DNA of 64,000 bases, from positions 215,152 to 279,151 of the forward strand of contig JAJDAF010000050.1 of the NCBI GenBank assembly GCA_029261995.1, given 5' to 3'. Within the stretch, counting starts at the first letter, position 1; every line of letters begins with the position of its first letter. Origin of the DNA: Candidatus Zhuqueibacterota bacterium (GTDB taxonomy: Bacteria; Zhuqueibacterota; Zhuqueibacteria; Oceanimicrobiales; Oceanimicrobiaceae). The notes under the pieces are model-generated. The model saw only the letters and a program-made list of their open reading frames with translations, did not search any database and had not been told where the DNA came from. Positions 18,321 through 26,643 of the stretch are shown here, piece by piece. Both the position numbers and the translations under genes were made by a program.

Positions 18321-18506
18321 ATGGCAAAGGTAAAACTTGAGAACGAACTATTTGACCGCGTCAAGAAATTTGCGGAGGTGGCTGGCTATTCGTCGGCTGA
18401 GGAGTTCATCGCTCACATTCTGGAGAAGGAGCTTTCATCGGTAGACGAAACAGATAGCGACGATGAGATCAAAAAGCGTTTGCAGGGTCTCGGTTATTTG
18501 TCCTAG
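18321..18506 (+). CDS. 61-aa hypothetical protein, CopG/ribbon-helix-helix-like N-terminus plus RLxxLGY C-terminal motif
   Basis: AAGGAG RBS at 18308-18313. Sequence MAKVKLENELFDRVKKFAEVAGYSSAEEFIAHILEKEL...DDEIKKRLQGLGYLS. Confidence 0.8.
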   Translation: MAKVKLENELFDRVKKFAEVAGYSSAEEFIAHILEKELSSVDETDSDDEIKKRLQGLGYLS

Positions 18507-18541
18507 TTTCTAAGAACCTAAGGAATGAAAAGCATCAGAAT

Positions 18542-19363
18542 ATGGATCTCATAAACGCAGCACTAAATACAGTTTTTGGGCTAGTCTTTTTGCCCTTCAG
18601 AAACGCAAGCCCGGTTTGGCCCATGCTTGTGATCTCCGTGGTCACGGGTGTGGCGATGCTGGTCATTTTCAAGGCGACCTCCGACCAGAACGCGATCAAA
18701 AGGGCGAAGAATTTGGTCAAAGGCCATTTCCTTGCGATCCGCCTGTACAAAGACGATATCGGGTTGATGGTAGACACGATGAAGAACATCATCGTGAGCA
18801 ATCTGCTTTATATGAAACAGTCGCTGCGTCCCATGCTGTTTTTGCTGGTTCCGGTTGGAATCATTCTGATTCAGCTTGGCGTGCGGTACGAATTCCGGCC
18901 TCTGAAGGTTGGCGAGGCCGTTGTCGTGTCTCTTCGTGTTGAAGATGCGGCTGTCGAGCTTGCGGATGTCCGCCTTGATTTGCCGGAAGGCTTGGAGTTG
19001 AATATCCCCCCTGTACGCGTGGAGCAACTTCGGGAAATCAACTGGCGGCTCAAAGCAACCCAATCGGGTGTTTTCAACCTGGCGTTCAAACACGGCGACC
19101 ATGTGGTTGACAAGCGCCTGCAGGTTGTCGATGCCCTCGCGCCTGTGACAGCTCAGGTAGCAAAACATGATATCGGTGTGACCATCATGAACCCGGCCGA
19201 ATCCAGCCTTGGAGAGGCATCGTTTGCCTCACTGGTGTCCATCTCATACCCGGTGCGGGATTTCGAACTCTGGGGTTTCAGCCTGCACTGGCTGGTGGCT
19301 TTTTTTGTCATCAGCTTGATTGCCGCTTTCGGATTTAAGGGCATGTTGGGCGTTGAAGTTTAG
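18542..19363 (+). CDS. DUF106/EMC3/TMCO1-like (Oxa1 superfamily-like) membrane protein with soluble insertion
   Basis: TM1 (MLVISVVTGVAMLVIFK)-ATSDQ, helical linker, MKQSLRPMLFLLVP-TM2, about 130-aa beta-rich insert, TM3 (LHWLVAFFVISLIAAFGFKGMLGV). Pattern recalled from archaeal DUF106; not searched. Confidence 0.6.
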   Translation: MDLINAALNTVFGLVFLPFRNASPVWPMLVISVVTGVAMLVIFKATSDQNAIKRAKNLVKGHFLAIRLYKDDIGLMVDTMKNIIVSNLLYMKQSLRPMLFLLVPVGIILIQLGVRYEFRPLKVGEAVVVSLRVEDAAVELADVRLDLPEGLELNIPPVRVEQLREINWRLKATQSGVFNLAFKHGDHVVDKRLQVVDALAPVTAQVAKHDIGVTIMNPAESSLGEASFASLVSISYPVRDFELWGFSLHWLVAFFVISLIAAFGFKGMLGVEV

Positions 19364-19411
19364 ATTATTAATGCGTAGTTGGTTCAAACTGCATCTCTGA
19401 GAAGGAGTAAA

Positions 19412-20284
19412 ATGAGCTACAAGCTACTATCGTTCAAGACGAGCGAAGAACACGACATCGAGCAATGGAACGACCGCAGTTTGGAAGGAGAACTCAAAAG
19501 TTTCGAAGACCGGACGCTTGTCCGCATTTTCGACAAGTATCTGGGTGGCTCTAAGGCAAGGATTTTGGAAGGAGGCTGTGGATTCGGTGCCTGGTGCGAA
19601 TGGTTTCAGAATCGCGGCCACGACATCGTTGGCATTGAGTATGACCAGAATATCGTCGCTCGCGCCAGAGAATTCAAGCCGGATGTAGCTGTCGAGTTGG
19701 GGGATATCACCGATCTCAATTATCCCGACAATTCGTTTGACGCATACATTTCGTTGGGCGTCATTGAGCATTTTGAGCATGGCCCCGAAAAGTCCCTGGC
19801 AGAGGCTCACCGAATTCTTAAACCAGGGGGACTGGCGTTTGTCACGACTCCGTGGCTAACTGTCCTGCGTCGTACTTTGTCCCACCCGATACGCAGTCTT
19901 TATTTTCTGAAAAGAAAGCTCAAAGGACAGCCGAACTACTTTTGGGAGTATCGCTTCACCAAGATCGAGTTGCGGAACTACCTGGAGCAGGCTGGTTTCG
20001 AGATCATCTGCGAAGACGTTGACGATTACGAATCTGAAGCGACCAACAGGCATATTGGCTTATGGGCAGACTGGTTTTTTCTGAGAGAGCCGGACGGAGA
20101 GATTTGGGAACTCAACCGGAAAGGCAAATTTGTATTGAAGCTTTTGAAAACGCTGGCGCCGGCCACCTGGTTTTGTTCAGGGCTGCATCTGGTAGCACGG
20201 GCCAAGAAGGATGACGTGGCTGAAACTGTCTCCTCATCCGACAATCATAAAGAGGTTAAAAAGATGCAAGCTACAATTGCATAA
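19412..20284 (+). CDS. class I SAM-dependent methyltransferase
   Basis: AAGGAG RBS; ILEGGCGFG (motif I), GIEYD, GDITDL, DAYISLGVIEH, RILKPGG. Confidence 0.9.
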   Translation: MSYKLLSFKTSEEHDIEQWNDRSLEGELKSFEDRTLVRIFDKYLGGSKARILEGGCGFGAWCEWFQNRGHDIVGIEYDQNIVARAREFKPDVAVELGDITDLNYPDNSFDAYISLGVIEHFEHGPEKSLAEAHRILKPGGLAFVTTPWLTVLRRTLSHPIRSLYFLKRKLKGQPNYFWEYRFTKIELRNYLEQAGFEIICEDVDDYESEATNRHIGLWADWFFLREPDGEIWELNRKGKFVLKLLKTLAPATWFCSGLHLVARAKKDDVAETVSSSDNHKEVKKMQATIA

Positions 20285-20348
20285 CTAGTGTAACTGTTCT
20301 ATCTTAACTCAGTTTACCGAATTCAGTAACGATAAAGGAAATTGTTTT

Positions 20349-21512
20349 ATGAATCTAATTGCGCCACACGGTGGCCAACTTGTCAATCGAGTTTTAAAAG
20401 GTGATGAACGTGATGCTGCCCTGGAAAGAAGCAAGGGCTTACGGAAACTGCAACTGGGCCCTACTTCGGTTTCTGATCTCGAGTTGATTTCTGTCGGCGC
20501 GTGTAGTCCGCTGACAGGCTTTATGAAGAAGGCTGATTACGAGAGTGTCGTCGATAATATCAGACTTGCAAATGGCATGGTCTGGTCGATTCCGATTACC
20601 TTGGCCGTCTCCAGGACCGTGGCAGACGAGTTGAAGGAGGGCGACGAGCTTCTGCTGACCAATGACGCCGACTACCCGCTTGCGATTATGACCCTGGAGG
20701 AAAAATACACTTACGACAAGAATCGAGAGGCCGAGCAAGTCTATCGCACTACTGACGAAGCTCATCCGGGAGTGGCAAGAGCGCTTCGGCAAGGCGAGAT
20801 TCTATTGGGTGGGGATATCCAGCTAATCAACCATTTGCCTGATTTACCGTTTCCGGATTTCCGCCATGAGCCTGCCGCAACTCGCAAAGCCTTCGCGGAG
20901 CGGGGCTGGACAACTATCGTGGCATTTCAAACCCGGAACCCGATTCATCGGGCGCATGAGTATCTGACCAAAGTCGCTCTTGAAGGCGTCGATGGCCTTC
21001 TGATTCACCCCCTCGTCGGCGAGACGAAATCGGATGACGTGCCGGCGGCAGTGCGCATGGAATGCTATAAAATGATGATGAAAAACTACTACAATCCGAA
21101 GCGAGTTATGCTGAGTGTGTTCCCGGCTGCCATGCGTTATGCCGGCCCGCGTGAAGCCATTTTTCACGCCATGCTGCGAAAAAACTATGGCTGTAGCCAT
21201 CTCATCGTTGGCCGGGACCATGCGGGTGTTGGTGACTACTACGGAACTTACGATGCCCAAGAGATTTTCGACCAGTTCACGGCTGATGAACTAGGCATCG
21301 TCCCGATGAAATTCGAGCACTCATTCTACTGCAAATTAACGAAACAGATGGCGACGGAAAAAACAAGCCCGAGTACGGGTCCGGAACATCGTGTTTTTCT
21401 GAGCGGTACGAAGGTGCGCGAAATGCTGACGCGCGGCGAGATGCCGCCGGAACAGTTTACGCGGCCCGAAATAGCACAGGTGCTGATCGATAGTTACAAG
21501 AAGAACGCGTAA
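20349..21512 (+). CDS. sat: sulfate adenylyltransferase (ATP sulfurylase)
   Basis: PHGGQLVNR, SPLTGFM, WSIPITL, FQTRNPIHRAHEYL, MRYAGPREA, VGRDHAGVG, LSGTKVREML. Confidence 0.97.
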   Translation: MNLIAPHGGQLVNRVLKGDERDAALERSKGLRKLQLGPTSVSDLELISVGACSPLTGFMKKADYESVVDNIRLANGMVWSIPITLAVSRTVADELKEGDELLLTNDADYPLAIMTLEEKYTYDKNREAEQVYRTTDEAHPGVARALRQGEILLGGDIQLINHLPDLPFPDFRHEPAATRKAFAERGWTTIVAFQTRNPIHRAHEYLTKVALEGVDGLLIHPLVGETKSDDVPAAVRMECYKMMMKNYYNPKRVMLSVFPAAMRYAGPREAIFHAMLRKNYGCSHLIVGRDHAGVGDYYGTYDAQEIFDQFTADELGIVPMKFEHSFYCKLTKQMATEKTSPSTGPEHRVFLSGTKVREMLTRGEMPPEQFTRPEIAQVLIDSYKKNA

Positions 21513-21571
21513 CAGAAAACAGAAAAGAAAAATGAATTCAAATTCTACCCAGAACAGGAGGTAATAGTTAG

Positions 21572-22153
21572 ATGTCCGAATCATTGAAAGCAGCGACGAT
21601 CTGGTTTACAGGACTTCCATCTTCCGGCAAGTCAACCTTGGCGGTTTTGTTGGAAAACGAACTAAAAAAACGCGGGCGCACGGTTGAAGTTCTCGACGGT
21701 GACGTTGTAAGAACGAATCTGAGCAAAGGCCTGGGCTTCAGCAAGGAAGATCGCGACACCAATATCAAACGAATTGGCTTTGTCTGCCACTTGCTGTCAC
21801 GTAATGGCACCTTTGCCGTATCCGCAGCCATCTCACCCTACAAAGAAATTCGTGACGATGTCCGCGACATGATTGGCGATTTCGTCGAGATCTTTGTCGA
21901 TTGCCCGCTCGACGAGTGCATAAAGCGCGACGTCAAAGGTCTCTACAAGAAAGCCATAGCTGGCGAAATTCAGGGCTTTACCGGCATCTCTGACCCTTAT
22001 GAGCCACCAACCGATGCTGAACTCATCGTCAAGACCGGTGAAGAAGAGCCGCAGGAAAGCCTACGGAAGATTCTCGCGAGGCTCGAGGAGTTGGGCTATC
22101 TGGCAAAGAATGGCGTGGCCGAGACTTCTGAAGCCGAAATGGCATCCGCCTGA
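21572..22153 (+). CDS. cysC: adenylyl-sulfate kinase
   Basis: AGGAGGT RBS; [13 protein letters not shown]-loop, [41 protein letters not shown]. Confidence 0.97.
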   Translation: MSESLKAATIWFTGLPSSGKSTLAVLLENELKKRGRTVEVLDGDVVRTNLSKGLGFSKEDRDTNIKRIGFVCHLLSRNGTFAVSAAISPYKEIRDDVRDMIGDFVEIFVDCPLDECIKRDVKGLYKKAIAGEIQGFTGISDPYEPPTDAELIVKTGEEEPQESLRKILARLEELGYLAKNGVAETSEAEMASA

Positions 22154-22216
22154 ACTGGAATCTGAATGATTGGCTGTTCCGGACTCCGGGACAGCCACTT
22201 TTACAACGGAAACCCT

Positions 22217-23359
22217 ATGTCACAGAACGGAAGAATCAGAGTCCTGCAGCTAGTTGAGGGCATGAATTGGGGCGGAGCTGAAACCAAGCTCCTAGAGCTT
22301 ATTGTAAACATGGATCGTGAGCGATTTGAGACCACGGTGTGCAGTCTCGGCATGGGTGACCGTCTGAAAGATCGGTTTGATGAACTGGGGATCCCGTTTG
22401 TCAATTTTGCGCGGCGGGGCAAAGTTGACCCCAGATTGATCTGGGATGTTTCCAAGCTCATCCGCAAAGAAAAATTTGACGTCGTGATGACGACCCTGTT
22501 TTACGCTGACGTCGTTGGAGCGCTGGCGAGCGCCATCAGCCCAAACAAGGCCGTCTTCTCCTGGGAAACGATATCCGCGCCGGAGTGGTTGATCAAACAC
22601 CGCCTGCTCGCCTACCGTTTTGCGATGAAATTCTGCAGCAAGGTTGTTTCGGTGTCGCACGCCACCGCAAAGTGGCTGGTAGACGAACGTGGGCTGTCTG
22701 AGAACCAGATTACCGTGATCCCCTACGGCGTCAACCTTGAGCTTTACAAGCAGGGCAGGAGTCCGGAACTGCGGGAAGAACTCGGAATTTCTGCCGATGC
22801 AAGAGTGGTTGGTGTCGTGGCCCGGCTTCACCCTCAGAAGGGACATTGCTACCTGATCGACGCGGCGCAGAAAGTTGTTGAGGACCATGAGAACGTCGTT
22901 TTTGTGTTTGCAGGAGATGGCGAGCTGCGCAAACCTCTTGAGGAGCAGGTGGCCGAAGCAAATCTGAGCAATCACGTCAAATTTCTCGGCTTCAGAAGTG
23001 ATGTCAAGGAACTGCTGACAACGTTTGACATTTTTTGCTTACCTTCGCTCTATGAGGGCCTGCCGAATGTCATCCTGGAAGCGATGGCCTGCGCGCTGCC
23101 CGTTGTAGCCACTTCCGTCGATGGCACCGTTGAATTGATCGACGACGGCAGCACCGGCTTTCTTGTGCAGCCAAAACAACCGCAGACACTTGCCTCAAGG
23201 ATTTCTGCTCTGTTGGACGACGCCGACCTCAGACAACGTTTTGGCCAACAAGGGCGTCGCAAAGTAGAAGAGCAGTACTCTTTGCGAATGCAGGTCGAGA
23301 ACTTTCAAAATCTCTACAGTGCGCACGCCGGAAATGGCAATCTGAATGGAAAGCACTAG
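22217..23359 (+). CDS. glycosyltransferase family 4 (GT-B)
   Basis: GGAETKL, IPYGVNL, ARLHPQKGH, FLGFRSDV, PSLYEGLPNVILEAMA, PVVATSVDG. Confidence 0.93.
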   Translation: MSQNGRIRVLQLVEGMNWGGAETKLLELIVNMDRERFETTVCSLGMGDRLKDRFDELGIPFVNFARRGKVDPRLIWDVSKLIRKEKFDVVMTTLFYADVVGALASAISPNKAVFSWETISAPEWLIKHRLLAYRFAMKFCSKVVSVSHATAKWLVDERGLSENQITVIPYGVNLELYKQGRSPELREELGISADARVVGVVARLHPQKGHCYLIDAAQKVVEDHENVVFVFAGDGELRKPLEEQVAEANLSNHVKFLGFRSDVKELLTTFDIFCLPSLYEGLPNVILEAMACALPVVATSVDGTVELIDDGSTGFLVQPKQPQTLASRISALLDDADLRQRFGQQGRRKVEEQYSLRMQVENFQNLYSAHAGNGNLNGKH

Positions 23360-23624
23360 CAGTGCTATTCCGGTCTCCCGATTTGTTACCATCTGAAACA
23401 CTTGTATTCACGTGAACATCATTGCGGGCCCGACCTGCGCGGTTTGGCATGGTCCGTCGCGTAGTCAGCACGACTGTTGGCAATCTGCGCTGGATTTGGC
23501 AGTGGCACGCTTCTTGCAAAATTCTTGGTTTGTCTCGGATGTAACAGTTTGAAAATGCCGGACTAAAAGTTAATTTTTTTTCATCTATTTCCGATAAGTA
23601 GTGTGACGGCACATAAGGGTGACT

Positions 23625-24347
23625 ATGAAGACGAATGACAAGATAGCGGTCCTAATCCCGGCTTACAATGAGGCTGGCTCGATAGAGCGAGTTGTCCATG
23701 GCATTCAGGAGACCAATCCGGGTGTCGATATTGTCGTGATCAATGATGGTTCGGCTGACCAGACGGCTGCGTTAGCTGAGAAGGCCGGTGCGACGGTTCT
23801 GTCTCTTGCTGTAAATCTGGGCTACGGTGCGGCGCTTCAGACCGGATACAAGTTTGCTGTGAAGCAAGGCTATGACTACACCGTCCAGATCGATGGTGAC
23901 GGCCAGCATGATCCGCGCTTCATCGACAAGCTGATTTCCGAGCTTAAAGACGGCGCGGATGTCGCAATTGGCTCGCGGTTTCTGGGAAATCTCGGCAAGT
24001 ACGACAATCCGGCCCTGCGCCAGCTTGGAATGACTTTTTTTCGGTTTCTAATCTATCTGTTCATCAAACGAAAGATAACGGATCCGACTTCTGGTTTCCA
24101 GGCGCTCAACCGTCGAGTTGTGGAGTTTTTCGCCACCAGTCAACAGTACCCGTCCGATTTTCCGGATGCGGATATTATCATCCTGTTGCACTACGCAGGT
24201 TTCAGCGTCGCCGAGGTGCCGGTCGTGATGTACAACAGCGAGACTGGCAAATCGATGCATAGCGGCCTCAAGCCTATCTACTACATCATCAAGATGCTCT
24301 TGTCGATTTACGCTGTCTTATTCGGGAAGGAGCGACTGGCAAACTAA
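23625..24347 (+). CDS. glycosyltransferase family 2, polyprenol-phosphate sugar synthase (DPM1/PpgS)-like
   Basis: LIPAYNE, VINDGS, VNLGYGAA, QIDGDGQHDP, GSRF, TDPTSGF, EVPV. Confidence 0.92.
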   Translation: MKTNDKIAVLIPAYNEAGSIERVVHGIQETNPGVDIVVINDGSADQTAALAEKAGATVLSLAVNLGYGAALQTGYKFAVKQGYDYTVQIDGDGQHDPRFIDKLISELKDGADVAIGSRFLGNLGKYDNPALRQLGMTFFRFLIYLFIKRKITDPTSGFQALNRRVVEFFATSQQYPSDFPDADIIILLHYAGFSVAEVPVVMYNSETGKSMHSGLKPIYYIIKMLLSIYAVLFGKERLAN

Positions 24348-24348
24348 C

Positions 24349-24756
24349 ATGCCTCTAAAAGCACAAATCATCATCATTTTTCTGAGTTCCGGACTTTTTC
24401 TTTTCGTTCTCAATTTGATACGCAAGCGTCGCCTCAAGATCGAACATTCGATCCTCTGGTTGCTCGTGAGCGTCACGATTCTCGTGGCGTCAATTTGGAC
24501 GCGGCTAGCCGACAGCGTCGCGTTGTTCATCGGGATTGAATACCCGCCGGCGCTATTTCTATCGATTGCCATCCTGTTCTCACTTGTCATCTTGATGCAT
24601 TTCTCGATAGAACTTTCGAAGCTGAAAGACCAGAACAAGAATCTCACTCAGGAACTCGCGATTTATAAAACTACTGTGAACAAGCTAGCAACAAGGACTG
24701 ATTCGCTGAATGACAATAACGCCGCTCACGAGAGAGAACGCACCTCTATGGAATAG
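24349..24756 (+). CDS. DUF2304 domain membrane protein
   Basis: Three TM helices, IRKRRLKIEHSILW, GIEYPPALF, SIELSKLKDQNKNLTQELAI; directly downstream of GT2, the usual DUF2304 context. Confidence 0.85.
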   Translation: MPLKAQIIIIFLSSGLFLFVLNLIRKRRLKIEHSILWLLVSVTILVASIWTRLADSVALFIGIEYPPALFLSIAILFSLVILMHFSIELSKLKDQNKNLTQELAIYKTTVNKLATRTDSLNDNNAAHERERTSME

Positions 24757-25747
24757 CTTCGTCGACGCTCACCCAGGCGCCAACTTGTATCAGCACCTGG
24801 GATGGAAAACCGTTTTCGAGGACGTCTTCGGATATTCGCCGCATTATTTGCTCGCCCTGGACTCGGGCAATTCGCCACAGGGCATCCTGCCCATGTTTCT
24901 CATGACCGATATTTTCAGAAGGAAATACCTGGTCTCGAACCCCTTTTCGAATTTTGCGGGGGTGTGCGCCGAGAATGGCGATGTAGAAGGCCTGCTTGTC
25001 GATGAGGCCATCAAGCTTGCCAGACAACATAAGGCGAGATATGTTGAGTTCAGACAGCTCGGGTCCAGGCTGCAACGGGATCTGCCTGCAAAAGACAGCT
25101 TCGTGACGCTCATGTTGAATCTTTCTGGCGACCCGGAGCTGCATTGGTCCAAGATCTCGTCACGCAATCGCAACAAGATCCGGAAGGCTGAGAAGAGTGG
25201 GTTGAGCGTGGACTTTGGTATGCAGCACTTGGCTGATTTCCACCGGATTTATTCGATCAACCTGAGGCACTTGGGCACGCCCATATTTCCGCTGCGCATG
25301 TTTCAGAAAGTAGCGGAGGTCTTCCAGGAGCAGGTTGAGTTGCTTGTTCTCAAGCATGGTGGGGAGGTGGTTTCGGGCATGTTTCTCTTCAAATTCAAGG
25401 ACATGATTTCTGAGCCTTGGGTCGCATCATTGCGCAAATACAATCGAGTTTATGTTAACAATCTTCTGTACTGGCAGGCGATACGGTATGCTTGTGAGAA
25501 CAACTTTTCCGTGTTCGACTTCGGGCGGTCTACGGTCGATACCGGAACTTACAGTTTCAAGCTGCAGTGGGGAGCCGAGCCCGTTCAACTCCATTATCAG
25601 TACCATCTCAACCTCGCACGTGAGATTCCCGTGGTCGATGCCAGGGACAACAAATATCAAAAGGCGATAGATGTCTGGAAACGCCTTCCGCTTGCGCTGA
25701 CGAATTTTGTTGGCCCACGCGTGGTACAATATTTGCCCGAACTCTGA
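24710..25747 (+). CDS. FemAB-like GNAT-fold protein (PEP-CTERM/XrtA locus-associated type)
   Basis: WKTVFEDVFGY, LVSNPF, YVEFRQ, RNKIRKAEKSGL, NLRHLGTP, FDFGRS, YSFKLQWGA. Confidence 0.85.
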   Translation: MTITPLTRENAPLWNSFVDAHPGANLYQHLGWKTVFEDVFGYSPHYLLALDSGNSPQGILPMFLMTDIFRRKYLVSNPFSNFAGVCAENGDVEGLLVDEAIKLARQHKARYVEFRQLGSRLQRDLPAKDSFVTLMLNLSGDPELHWSKISSRNRNKIRKAEKSGLSVDFGMQHLADFHRIYSINLRHLGTPIFPLRMFQKVAEVFQEQVELLVLKHGGEVVSGMFLFKFKDMISEPWVASLRKYNRVYVNNLLYWQAIRYACENNFSVFDFGRSTVDTGTYSFKLQWGAEPVQLHYQYHLNLAREIPVVDARDNKYQKAIDVWKRLPLALTNFVGPRVVQYLPEL

Positions 25748-25767
25748 GTTCATTCGATGCTAAACCA

Positions 25768-26643
25768 ATGAAAAACATACTGACATTCGACATAGAAGAC
25801 TGGTACCATCCTAATTTGGCGGATAAAGATTTGCTGGGCGCGGGACCTTTTGAAGACCGCGTTGAGGAACCTACGTTACGAATTCTCAATATCTTAGACG
25901 AGACTCATAACAAAGCTACTTTTTTTGTAGTTGGTGACATCGCAGAAAAATTTCCGGACTTAGTTCGTGAAATCGTCAGACGCGGCCATGAAGTCGGCTC
26001 GCACGGTTACCGCCATAATTTGGTTTATGACTATACAGAAGCTCAGTTTGAAACAGATTTGGGCAACTCCGTTCGACTGCTCGAGAAAATCACCGGTAGA
26101 AAAGTGTTAGGTTACCGGGCGCCTTCCTGGTCTCTAGGCGAAAAAACCCCATGGGCCTGGGATGCCATGCACGACTTGGGACTGCAGTACGACTCTAGTT
26201 TATATCCTTTCAAAACATTTCTTTACGGCGACAGCACATCATCGCGTTTCGAGTACAACTTGACTTTGTCGGGTGACAAGCCATTTCGAGAGATTCCACC
26301 GTCGGTGGCCGAAGTGCTGGGGCGCCGGGTACCATTTTCTGGAGGCTTTTATTTCAGGGTCGTGCCGTACGTCTTTCTGAAGGCAGGAATTCGGCAGTAC
26401 AATCGTGCAGGCCAGCCGGCCGTGGTGTACTTGCATCCCTGGGAGATCGATGTTGAGCAGCCCCGCCTCAAGCCAGACGCACTCAAGCGTTTTATCTTGT
26501 ACGCGAATCTTAAGAGAACAGAAAAGAAGCTGCGACGCTTGCTTACAGACTTCAGATTCATCTCTATCAAAGACCACTGGGGTTTGACTGATGCCAGGCC
26601 ACAACCGCAGCTAGCGGTTTCTGCCGGGGAGCCAGTGCAATAG
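25768..26643 (+). CDS. polysaccharide deacetylase family protein with DUF3473 (XrtA-system type)
   Basis: LTFDIEDWY, ATFFVVG, GHEVGSHGYRH, GYRAPSWS, YDSS, FSGGFYFR, VYLHPWEID. Confidence 0.9.
   Translation: MKNILTFDIEDWYHPNLADKDLLGAGPFEDRVEEPTLRILNILDETHNKATFFVVGDIAEKFPDLVREIVRRGHEVGSHGYRHNLVYDYTEAQFETDLGNSVRLLEKITGRKVLGYRAPSWSLGEKTPWAWDAMHDLGLQYDSSLYPFKTFLYGDSTSSRFEYNLTLSGDKPFREIPPSVAEVLGRRVPFSGGFYFRVVPYVFLKAGIRQYNRAGQPAVVYLHPWEIDVEQPRLKPDALKRFILYANLKRTEKKLRRLLTDFRFISIKDHWGLTDARPQPQLAVSAGEPVQ

Noticed and set aside
25768-26300. Locally lower GC in the deacetylase gene (two 60-nt lines counted at about 38%)
   Set aside because: Tiny sample, no flanking repeats, integrase or tRNA; not enough to call horizontal transfer.
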